NCBI GenBank assembly: GCA_000998045.1
Contig: LCCS01000007.1
Span: forward strand, 5,220 to 69,219
Direction: 5' to 3'
Origin: Parcubacteria group bacterium GW2011_GWD2_42_14
Lineage (GTDB): Bacteria; Patescibacteriota; Minisyncoccia; Phycocordibacterales; UBA12088
Length of the DNA: 64,000 nt
Position 1 is the stretch's first letter; each line of letters begins with the position of its first letter. This document shows positions 1 to 12,000 of the stretch, piece by piece. The translations under genes and the position numbers were made by a program. The notes below the pieces were generated by a model. The model was not told the origin of the DNA. It ran no database searches and was given only the letters and a program-made list of their open reading frames with translations.

Positions 1-3000
1 TTGTTGCCGAAGGTACACTGTTACCGAATGTACCACCAACCGCTACCGAGTTACCGCTCTCCACAGTAAATGAGCTTGCATTTGTTATTGACCAGTTTCC
101 CGTAGAAGTTGCGTTTGTTTGAATTGTCCAACCGCCTGTCGCACTATTGAACGTCACGTGTGCAAACGTATTTTGACCTGTCGAAACTGTTCTGCCCGTA
201 GCTGTGGAGTTAAAGAGTACCGTGCCACCATTACTGTTCCACGTACCCCCAGTTGTTTCAAAACTTCCTCCCACAGTAAATACCCCCGTTGGTAATGTAG
301 AGGTACCTGCTAAGAAGCGGACTGTTCCACTTGCAGTAAGGTTGGTATCGGTAAATGCAAACGAACCACCTTCACCACTTACAATCACATTAAAGAGTGC
401 TGAGCCGTTGGTGCTTATTGTTTCAATAGTTGGTGAAGTAAAGCGAAGTGTTCCACCATTTGCGTTAATTGTACCCCCTGTCGTAACAAGTGATTTCCCA
501 ATCGTGAGTGTTTCTGCTGGATAGGTCAAGGTCCCATTTTGCAGTCGCATTGAACCAGACGACGTCGCATTTTGATCGGTCCATGACCAACTTCCTGTAC
601 CATTTACAGTGACATTGAAGAAGGGTGAATTATTTTGGTACAGCGTTTTCGCACCACTTCCTATAAGCTCAACCGTTCCATTATTATGCACAAATACACC
701 GCCAGAATTTGTAATATTTCCTGAAACCGTTGTGGTGCCAACCGTTAAGGTAAGTGTTCCCGTCGCAACGGTTAGATTTCCACCAATAGTTACCTGGCTT
801 GGTACAAAAGCCCAATTACCACCCACACCGTTCGCGGTAATGTTGTACCAAGCAGATGTTCCAGAATCGATCACATGACCAGTCGTCGTCGCAGAAAAAG
901 TTACCGTACCAGAACGAGAAGAAAAGTTTCCACGATTTACAAAGTCACCAACAACTTCAAGTGCGTAGTTTGTTGCTGAAACATCGAAAGTATTTCCTAT
1001 CTCAATAGTAAGATAGGTAAGCTTTGCTGGTGCACCTAATCGTACTATTTTTGAAGAACCATTTATATGAACCTTACCAAGGTCTTGTTTTGATACCGTC
1101 GAGTCAGTGATAACTCCTACAACTGATCCGTCGAAAGTTGTGGTGCCTATACCTTTCAAGAAAGTCGTGCCATTCGAAAGCGAAAGATTACCCCCGATAT
1201 AGAGACTTGCACTGGACGCATAGAGCGTGCCGTACGCCACACTTACTGATGCTTCAACGTCAAAGATACCGCCGAGCGTAAAGAGTGCAGTACCAGACGT
1301 TTGTCCAAACGTAACCGTGTTGAACGAACTTGCTGATGCTCCTGTTGCATCTACCAACTCATTGGTCGACGTAGCCGTAAATATGACGGTTGAACCCCCA
1401 GCCGTAAAGGTGCCGTTGTTGTCCCATGATCCGGACACATAGAGTGTGTTGTTGTCAGGAGTAATGGTACCGTTTATCTCTACATCATGTGCATAGAGTG
1501 TTCCGGAGTTTGAACTGTCTGGTCGGTAAGCAAAATTACTGCGAACTATAAGCTCTACATCACCGCACGTTCCAGACGCTGATGCACAGACGTACAAATC
1601 ATTACCTATATCTACATCAAAGAACACGTCCTCATCACCTGATACTGAGTAATCGTATAGCCCAATGAGTGCATTTGTGGTAGTAGTTGCATCATCTGAA
1701 CCAAGGGTAAGATGTCGTTCGTATAAAGGAATATTCGTCACATTGCCGACTCCATCATACGCAGTAACTGCAGCAGCTTCACTCGCATCACTTGCTCCAT
1801 CAATGAAGACCATAATTGTGTCTCCAGGGAAAGCAGTAACGTTTGCTATTGACCACGTACCACCTCCGCCAATTGTCCCTGTCTTACCGCTCTGCAATAC
1901 TCCATTAACAGCGACTGCAACAGTTCCTGATGTTACGTTTGTTGTCTGGTCATACTGTTTCGCAGTACCAGATACCGTCACTCCCTCAGACCACGTTACT
2001 GTCCAATCAGAGAGTGTTGGACAATCTCCTGCACTGCACGCAAATGAAGCGTTCACTCGAATAAGGTTGTACGTTGTATATGGCATATTTTCCATAGCCA
2101 CAGGTCCCGTCGTAAACCCTGCAGAATTACCTGCGAGCACTCCATCTGGTACAAGAGTCCACGAGTCACCACTGTCCGTTGAGTACTCTATTTGATAGAG
2201 GATATCTGAAGTTCCAGGTGTTGTATCATTCCACGATAATAGATCCCAACGTGGACCTTCTCCATCATAAAAATTAATTGGGCTGGAAATGACTGAACCT
2301 GAGGTTACCGAAGGGTACTTACGTGCACTCATGTGCATCGGCACGTTTGCGGTTGCAAGTGCTGACACGTTTGTTTCAAGCGTTTGACGGGTCGCCCAAA
2401 CACTTCCATTCCAGTGCGACACATCAATATTGGTATTCGCATCATCCCAAGATGCTACGAGGACCACACCATCTCCCGCCCGTACTGTTTGTACTGCCCA
2501 TGAGTCGGTAAAAGTAGAAAGCGCTGTCTCAGGTTGCAATGTAGCAGTATCCCAATACCGGTAAAATCCTGTAATGGTATCTGTATACGGGAATAGCAAG
2601 TATCCATCACGACCTGATGTCGTCTCATACGTACAGTCAAACGAATGACCTCCGTCTTTGCTATTACTATCAATACTTATCTGCGTCACCGCTCCCCACG
2701 CACTACCAGTCCATCTCGTAAAATAAAGACCATTGTTGTTCGCCACATAACACATCGCAAGATTGTCAGAGCCAACATCTTGAACAATTTTCGGGGTTTC
2801 AAGATCGTCTGCTAACGCGACTGATGAGGTTGCGCTCCAACTTGAACCATTCCATGTACGTGAGTGGAAGTTCGCATTTGTATTGTTAGAAGTGACAAAA
2901 ACCGCGTCACCCCCTGACCCTTCATATGCAATATCCATGCCAATGTTTTCAACATCTGCTGCTTCCATGGCTCCCTGCCTTGTACTATTACCCCAACCGC

Positions 3001-6000
3001 TTCCGTTCCAGACTTGGGCTTCAAAGTCGTACGTGGCTTCAGCAGGGTTTGCTCGTGCAGTCATAATAATCTCGTCAGACTCTGGGTCACTTGCAAGTTC
3101 AATCCATTCACAGTTTTGTGTGGAAGCGAGATTGATGGTCGTTGTCGCAGACCAGCTCACACCGTTCCACACACTATATGTTGCCTCACTTCCCCAACAG
3201 GACACCGCCAAAGCATCACCCGAGTCCGTCTCATAAGCAACATCAAATCCACGTCGCACCGCACTTGCAAGGGTAGCTAAACTTACGGGAGCACTCCATG
3301 TCTGTGTAACTGCAGTGTAGACCTGTGCCTTCACCGCACCACTCACACCACCTGTTACGAGCACATACTCGTCACGAGTAGAAGCAGGTGCAGTTCGAGC
3401 CCAGTACATACGTTCTCCGATATTGCTCGCACTTTTTTCAGTACCCCAACTTGTTCCATTCCACATACGGTATCGCGGTGTCTGCAGTACGCCTTCTGCA
3501 TAAACAAGGAGCACATCTCGAACTACGCTCGTAATACGAGCGGTATCAACACCACTTGCCTCAGTACTATTTAAGGTGTCCGTATCAAGCTGCTCATCAG
3601 TTGTTTGATGCCAAGTGGAACTGGTGACAGCTGTATCAACAGTAAAACTTCGCTGTGGTGACCACACGCTCCAAACATCAGCACCACCTGGGTCACGTGC
3701 ACGCACACGCCACCAGTATGTTGAACCGTTCGTTACCGCATCCCCACTCTGTATAACAAAACGAATAGTGTCACCATCAAAGAACGGCGTTGTATCGGTA
3801 GTCGAGGAGGTATTCGTAAATCCTGCATGGGTGTCCGACGAACGTGTCGTCGAACCAGTGAGGAAGGTCGCGTCAGTTGACCAACTTATTTCATATACCA
3901 AATCATTTGTTTCAGGATCAGTTGAATAAAATGTAAATGAAGGCGTTGTGGTACCAACTTTTTCGTTATCAAACAGAGTTAGTAGAGTGGGTTGTTCCAC
4001 TGCATAACCCCAAGAAAGTGTCCAACTTTGGAGTGAAGGACTTGCACCAGCGTTTGTAAACACGGCAACAATACGCAATTCATTGTAGACCGTAGGATCA
4101 AGACCAAGAAGTGAAACTGATGAGTTATCAAAGCCTGCACTGTTACCTGCCAGAGCCCCGTCCGGAATTAGCTCCCACGTTCCTGCGTTGTTGTACTCTA
4201 GTTTGTATTTGAGATCACTTGCAGTCTCAGTATCACTCCACGAGAGTGACCCCCATGCATTGCCTTGTGTACCCCATTCGTAATCAATTGCCGAACTTGT
4301 TGTCGTACCTGTCGTATTCGGTGGTGTGAGAACAATAGAATCAGTCGAAGTCGCTTCAGTTTGTTCATGGGTGTCGGTATCAAATTGATTGAGAGTTGTT
4401 TGGAACCATGTCGTTTCAGTTACTGATGAGATAGTAAGACTGGTAGAATCTGACCACTCACCCCACTCACCACTTCCGCTTGGGTCCCGTGCACGAACTC
4501 TCCACCAGTATGTCGTACCATTCGATAGAGCTGTGGTTGGAACAAGACGCACATTTTCACCGGCATTAAACGGACTTTTGTCGGAAGGAGTTGTTAAGTT
4601 TGTAAACGCTGTAAAATCATCCGAAGAATTCATGTCAATAATAGTAGAACCAAACGTGATATCATCATCAACCTGTATTTGGTAATGCAAATCATCTAGT
4701 TTTACGTCTTCAGCCACAAACTCAAACCACGGGGTCGTCGATGCAAGTGCCTGGTTATCAAAAGGTGCTTCGTGAAGCGGTTTGGTAGGTGGCGCATTCG
4801 TGATAAGTTGCGGATAGGTGTTGTATGCACTTAATTCTGTTCCGTCTGTATGGATGGCACGGAAACAGTAGTTCGTACTAGAGGTTGCATTGTGCTCAAG
4901 TACAAAATCCCACTCACCCTCATTTCCTGTTGTAATGCCGTTTGGATTTGATACTGCAGGATTACTTTCTTCGTATGATTCTACTGTGTCCGACGTCGAT
5001 AACAAGGTTGAGCTCAAGGTTGTGCCATCTGACACTCCATTATTATGGTACCCGCGCCATGGCTCACTTGAACCAATATCACCAACATCAGTCCAAACCA
5101 TGTCACTGCTACAGGTAACCCCTTCCGCCCATTGCAACTTTACCTCTATTGAAGATGCGCTCAAGCTCACATTCGTGTCGAGGATAGAAAGACGTAATCG
5201 AAGCACTGAACCAAAACTCGGAGCAAACGTTGCCGGAATCGGCGTACTTTCATCAACTGCATCACTTCCTACTGGCCACACATCACTCGGGCTCAGTGAG
5301 TCAACATTCGTATACCAACGATATTTATTCTCACTTAAATACGGCTGTCGCTCCCACGAGAGAGACCAGTCGTCAAGGGTTGGAGTTTGTGCAACTGTTG
5401 ACGTAAGATTTGTTTTAATACAAAGCATGTTATACGTCGATGTAGAAAGGCCTGAAAGATTGAGCGGGCTAGCAGTTGCATCAAATCCTGTGGAGTTACC
5501 CGAAAGGACAGCATCAGGTACGAGCACATTACAAGCTGCTGTGGTTGTTGCGTAGTAGACTTGGAGCGTTGCATTGGTTCCTACAGGTTCAGTCGTATTC
5601 CAAATCACCTCTCCCCACGATGGTTGACCAATAACGAGGTCGAAATCAACAATAGTTGAAACGATACTTCCTACCGAAGCTTGGTATTGCTGTGCGGCGA
5701 TAGAAATAGGTTCATACCATGGCTCAGCGGTTCGTGAAGGATAGTCATCTATGGTTGTCTTTGTCGTCCAACTGCTTCCATCCCAAGCGCTAAAATCATA
5801 GCGCGTGTTTGTGTTGTCGTGAAAAACAGCAAGTATCTTTCCATCTCCGGTACGTGTGGTATTCACGGTCCATGAATCTTCGACAGAACTGATAGATGCG
5901 CCACTATTTACTAAGTACTGCCATACACTTCCTGTAAAGTAGTTGTACTCAGCATTGACTGTATTTGAATATGCCACCAGATGGTACCCATCCCTTCCTG

Positions 6001-9000
6001 CAGTTGTCTCATACTGACATGATATTGGTCTACCATGTGCATCGGCGTCGGCTACACCGACATCCCCTTCAGTATCATGCTCACGATAGGCCCCCCACGT
6101 ATTCGTGGTTCCATTCCAAAAGACCGTCCCCATATCGTCATCTTCATCTATATAACAGAGTGCCATATCATCAGTTCCGTTGTCTGAAGCTACCTGCCCC
6201 CATTCAAAGTCATCACCCAAACCTACCGTGCCACCAGTACCCCACGATGAACCATCCCATGAGTTGTAAGCAAAGTTACCATTCTGACCATTTGAAATAA
6301 CAATAACTGCATTGGTGCCACTCTCTTCATATCCTATAGCAATACCCTCGCGCGCGGCTTCGTCTCCTGCTCCTCCGGTATACGAGCTACCCCAACTTCC
6401 CGCAACCGGGTCATACACCTGCGCTTCATAGTCAGGATTAGCTTGGGCGACATTGGCTCGCGCTACCATAATGAGCTCATCGGAGGATGGGTCTGCTGCC
6501 ATAGCGAGCCACTCGCAATTTTGCGTAAACGTGAGGTCAATAGTCGACGTCGCAGACCATGCTGTTCCATTCCATACCGCGTAGCTTGGGTCTTGATTCC
6601 CATCACAGTAGGCAACCACAGCATTTCCTGATTGCGTTTGATACTGTACATCAAAAGCCTTATACGCTGGACTTCCAACTGTCGGGGTTACCTCCCATAA
6701 GTTTCCCCATGTACCCGTTGTTCCATTATAAATTTGTACATTCACGTCACCCCCCGTATCTTGTGTTGCCAAAATGTACTCATTACGAGTTGTTGCTGCA
6801 CGAAGCGTTGTCCAGCTTATTTGCCCGCCGACACTAAGTGCTGAAGATGATGCGGACCATGCGGTACCATTCCATATGCGATAGTGTGGTGAGGTGTTAG
6901 TGTTTGAACCATATGCCACCATAGCTCCTACAGGCGGTGTTGTTGCAAGACGTACTTTGTTGGCACCATAGGTTTCTGTGCCTGAAAGTGTTCCCTGGTC
7001 AAACTGTGTATCTTCTGTTTGTATCCACGCTTTTGGACTGGTGTTTTCTACATAGGTAAAGCTCAAAATATCACTCCACTCTCCATAAATACCGGATCCA
7101 ATGTCCTTTGCTCGCACGCGCCAATAGTAGGTGGTACCTGTCGTAAGCGCACTTTGCATAGTAAAGCGAATACGATTACCTTCTGTAAAGGGTGAGGTAT
7201 CCCCTCCACTTACAGTATTGGTAAAACAGTTTGGCGAACACCCAGCTTCATTGTCGGAAGTACGGTCCCCAAGTGGAGAGGTTGCGACATCTGCATCATC
7301 ATCCCATTGAATTTCATAGATGATATCGGTTGCTCCGTCTGGATCCAGTGCGCTAAATTCAAAGTATGGCGTACTGCTACCTGTTTTTTCGTTATCAAAG
7401 GGAACATTGTAGAGAATTGGCTCGTCTGCCGGGTAATTACTTGCAGACCAATATCCCGCAAGATAGAAGTTGTCTGCGGCAGTACTCTCGGTGTAGTACT
7501 CTATGGTTGAGCTTGCATCACTTCCCGCGGTAACCATCATCCTTGATGGTGTCACTCCCGTAGAACCTCCCTCAGCTTCATGGAGATCAAGTACTCGTCC
7601 CAAAGAAGAACCGTTTGTGCGAACGCCAAGTTCTATCGCACCGTTTGCATCAGCATTGTTTGCAAACACTACTTCAGCAATCCCTGTAGGGGGAACAGTG
7701 AGATTGTCGAGTCGACGATCTGTCCATGTTGTGTTTGCTGTAGGACCTCCGAGATCACTCCAACTTTCTTTATAGGTCAAACCTGTCGGCATCGTGTCCC
7801 AGTATCCGGACAAAATAAAGTCTACATCGGTACCTATTCCAGGGCCATCATCGTCACTGTATGTTTCCACCCGTGCAGTCGACGTCGTCGCTTGAACAAA
7901 CATCGTGGCATACGTATCTCCACCAGTCTCTGGCTCATGCAAACGTATGTATCTGTTTAATGCTGAACCATCGGTACGTACTCCTGCGAGAAAGTCGGTA
8001 TTAGCTTGATTGTTTACCATCACAATTTCTGCCACATCTCCTTGGGTAAGACCATACGTGTTGAGATCCCAGTTGACCCAAGCATCATCAGTCGTACTTG
8101 GATCAGTGGTATCAAAACGCTCAACATATACACCATCGGTCCAGTACCCAAGGATACGAAACGTGACGAGTGTTGCACTATCTGCGTAGTACTGTATTGA
8201 TGAGCTTGCTGAAGCGGTGACATGTACCGTTACCTCTGACATACCTTCCACACCAGTACCTGTCGTCTCCGCCTCATGGAGCAGGAAGCGTCTATCAAGC
8301 GTGGAAGAGGCATGACGTACTCCAGCATACAGTTCATTTCCATAGTCGGTGTTGATGAGTGCCATTTCAATGACAGCGTTTGCAGGAATATTGTAGGGGG
8401 CACCTGAGAGATCAATTGTAGTCCACGCTCCAGTTGTGCTCGGTGTGATTGAGATAAACTGCTCAACGTATTGTCCAAGGGCATCACTTGCTAGCTTCCA
8501 CGTACGACTCTCAATAAATGCGGTTTGTCCTCCGATACGTATTTCTGCAGGTCCGAGGAGGTAGACATACGGAGAGACATCGGGTGCATCGTACTCATAG
8601 CGAAACACCTGTGTTTCTCCAGCTTGCAATTCAACATTCCACACGAGTCTCTTTGCTCGTCCCCACATGGTCGTTTCAGCATCCCCCGTGTCAATAAGTT
8701 CAAAGTCTATCGGAATCGCTTCGACAACCTCACCGACAAAGTCTGCGGTCGCTGTTACCGCAAGCTCCATCACATATGAAGCTTTGGGCCAAATACGAGT
8801 CGCACCATGTCGTTCTATGATATACGATTGTGACTCAGCGACTTCAAAGGAGTCAGTTATCTGATGTACTACCTCACCGTCTAGGTTTACGTGAGTAAGG
8901 GTAATACCATATTTTCCCACTTCGTGTGGTCGATACCATGCAAGATAGTCAGGATCATCTGTTACATTGTTTGCTCCACAGGTCGGCTGAGGTTCCACCC

Positions 9001-12000
9001 GTATCTCTTCGGCATCCCCTTCGGGGGTGGTAAGGGTGAGTCGTAACTCGGCATCACAAATTGTGTCTCCTTTATCGTCAAGAGCAGCCATGTGGAATTT
9101 GGTCAAATCATCCATCTTATAGACAGACTGTGGTGTATTTATAACTAAAACTCCCCAATAAAAATCAAAACTATCCGAGTATGCAGTTCCTGTTTCGTCT
9201 ACCGTAAGGGCGAGCGTGTACTTTCCTGGTACCAACTCACGAGGCATTTCAAGTATGTGAATCGTCCATTCACCCTCAACGCCATACACGATTTCAAAAT
9301 GTGCGTCTTCAACAAGAGCTCCATCGCGCATAAGGTGCACCTCAGTTACTTGCGCCAACCTGTCTCTAAAAAGACCACTCCAAAAACGTGAAAATTTCCC
9401 TTTCTGGGGGCGGTACTTAAGTGAAAATGTGATGTCCTCCCCTATAGCAAAATCTTTAAGTGCCTCCCGAAAATCATGCAATTGCGGTACCTGAAGATTT
9501 CGTAGGTAGTTGATGTGGTCAAACAGATTTTTTGAAAGAAGTGATTCAAACACACCCACTGCAGGCAGAGGCAGCTCCTCGACAGCACCAAGAGTAGTTG
9601 GGACAACAACCTCTTTGTAGCGAGCCAAACGATACTCGATTCCGCCTTCTGGATATCGTACTTCCTCTACATGCATGTCAGGTGGATAAGAAAGCAACAA
9701 ATCTCGAACGCCTGCAGTCAATTCTTCACCGGAGAGTCGTACCTGCAGTGGTCCTTGTGAAGAGAGTGTTTCTTCACCTCCCTCAACAAGCAATGCTTGT
9801 GATACACCTCGTACGAGAGTGATAGGCTCGTTGTCTCTTGACTGCACACGTGCATTCTCATACTCACTTACAAGAGAGAGTACGGCGCCGTCGGAAGGTT
9901 TTGTAATACCCGCATAGGCAATAGGTTCCGGTGTCAGTTGTGGCGCGAGTAGTCGAGAAGCTGAAGTCACTTGCTCGTTTCCAAAATAGGCAAACAAGGT
10001 TCTCGTGGCGAAAGCTTCTCTCTCAAGCTCGACCATATAGGTAGCAAGCTGGTCAACATATGAGTAGTCTCCTGGCCGTGAAGGAACTTCTTTTCGCGTC
10101 GCTGGGTCATAAAAACGCACATCAGCACCATCAAGAGCAGCCCGCTCAAAAAATTCAGAATGAGTACGGTCTATACGTACCTCATATAGTCCTGGAACAT
10201 CACCGTCAAGTGATTCACCTGCCTCGAAGGTAACGGGCATACGGTAGCCGAAAGCACTGCGCCACCACATACTTCTAGTCGCATCAGCTTCATCACCTTC
10301 AACCTCTACCACAAATTCACCAGCACGTTGTACTTCAAACTCAAGATCAATTGCAAAGTACCTTGTCTCCCTTGGCATAATCCTGAAATCTCTGTCGGCT
10401 TCCTGAATGCTCGTGAGAAGTGTAGGAGTATTCTCTTCTTCGTCATTGCCAAACAGACGGTCAAAAAAACTTGTGGCACTTCTTCCACCGTCAGTGACCT
10501 CAAGTAATGGAATAGGTTCCCACCCATTTTCATACACCATTGTTTCGCTTATGTTTATTCTGTCATTCCCTACGATACAATTGGTCTTGTCTGCATTAAA
10601 TGAATTACATGTTTCTGTTTGTCCTGTTGCTCTACAGGTGTACGTACTCGTAAGTTCAACTTCTGAAGTATCCTCTACGACTTCGGTTTCTTCATTTGGA
10701 TCAGGGGTGAGTACTTCTGTCTCAAGGGTACCGGTTTCTTCTTCTACCAACATTTCATCTCCACCCTCAGGTTCTTCTCCATGTTCACCTTCAACAAGCG
10801 CTTCTGGTTCAGTGCTTGAAATCACTTCTTCCACAGGCTCAAAAGTTTCTTCTGTTTCAGAAATATTTTTGTCTTGAAAATTTTCTATGTCTGCACTATT
10901 TTGACTGAGCTCCAGGTCCCACCCCGCTTCACAAAAATATGCTACCTCGCTATACACTGGTGTGTCATTTGGAGTGGGAACGTTTTTTATTCGTTCCTCT
11001 AAGCGCATCACCTGCGCCTGATGTCCAGTACGTGTAATGAGGCGGAAATTCTCTTCTCGATTACTCATGTTGGTTACCGCAATGTATGCACGTGCGGTAG
11101 TAAGTCCGTTGTACACATCAAAATCACTTCGTAGTACCAACTCGTCCCCAGGCACATACTCCGTAGCGGTAAGCTCGATTCTTTTCTCATTTTCTATGAG
11201 CACATCTGGTCGCCCTGAATCTTCAAGCACCGCAAGCTCGTGCAGAATGTTACTTACTTCAGGCAATGTTTGGTCAACTGATTCAGCCTCATAGGTTGTG
11301 TCTATCCACACACTGTCGACAAACAGTTCAGTACGGACTTCACCCTGTCGCACGTATTCAAGTTCAACGCGAAAATCATTAAGGGCATCCCATGACTGCA
11401 CATTGGGAAGCTGAAATGCAAAGTGACCACCGTTGTCATAGTTGCTTAAAGTTTTATCTAACAATATTTCTCCAGCCACATACCATGCACCACGGTACTG
11501 GTATCGAACCAAAAGCTTGTCAGGAGTAAAACTTTCTCCAAGAGTTTGTGCTGCAAGTGAAATACGAAGCTCGTATCCTTTTACCGTAAAATCAGAAAGT
11601 ACGCTTCCAATATCAAATCCGGTAAATTGGATTGTGTGGCACTCTATTCCCAACACCTGACACACGCGCACGTCCTCCTCTGCTTGAATGATATCGTCTG
11701 TATTCCCCTCCGTATTTTGATTTTCTGAAGTTGCACCTTCTGAAACTTCACCATTTTCAGTTGAATCAACTTCCTCTACACCCTCTACTGGTTCGGTTCC
11801 CTCTTCAGCTTCTCCAGATACTTCTACTGATTCTTCCAAAACAGGTTCCTCTACCGATTCATCTTGAGAACCTACCTCAGTGGTAGACTCACCTGTGTCT
11901 TGTGCACGTGCCGTGTATCCAACAAAACCTCTTGAAACATTAAGGAGATACCTCCCCACAGAAATGTCCGGAAGGGGTAGTATTTCTTCTTCACTATTCT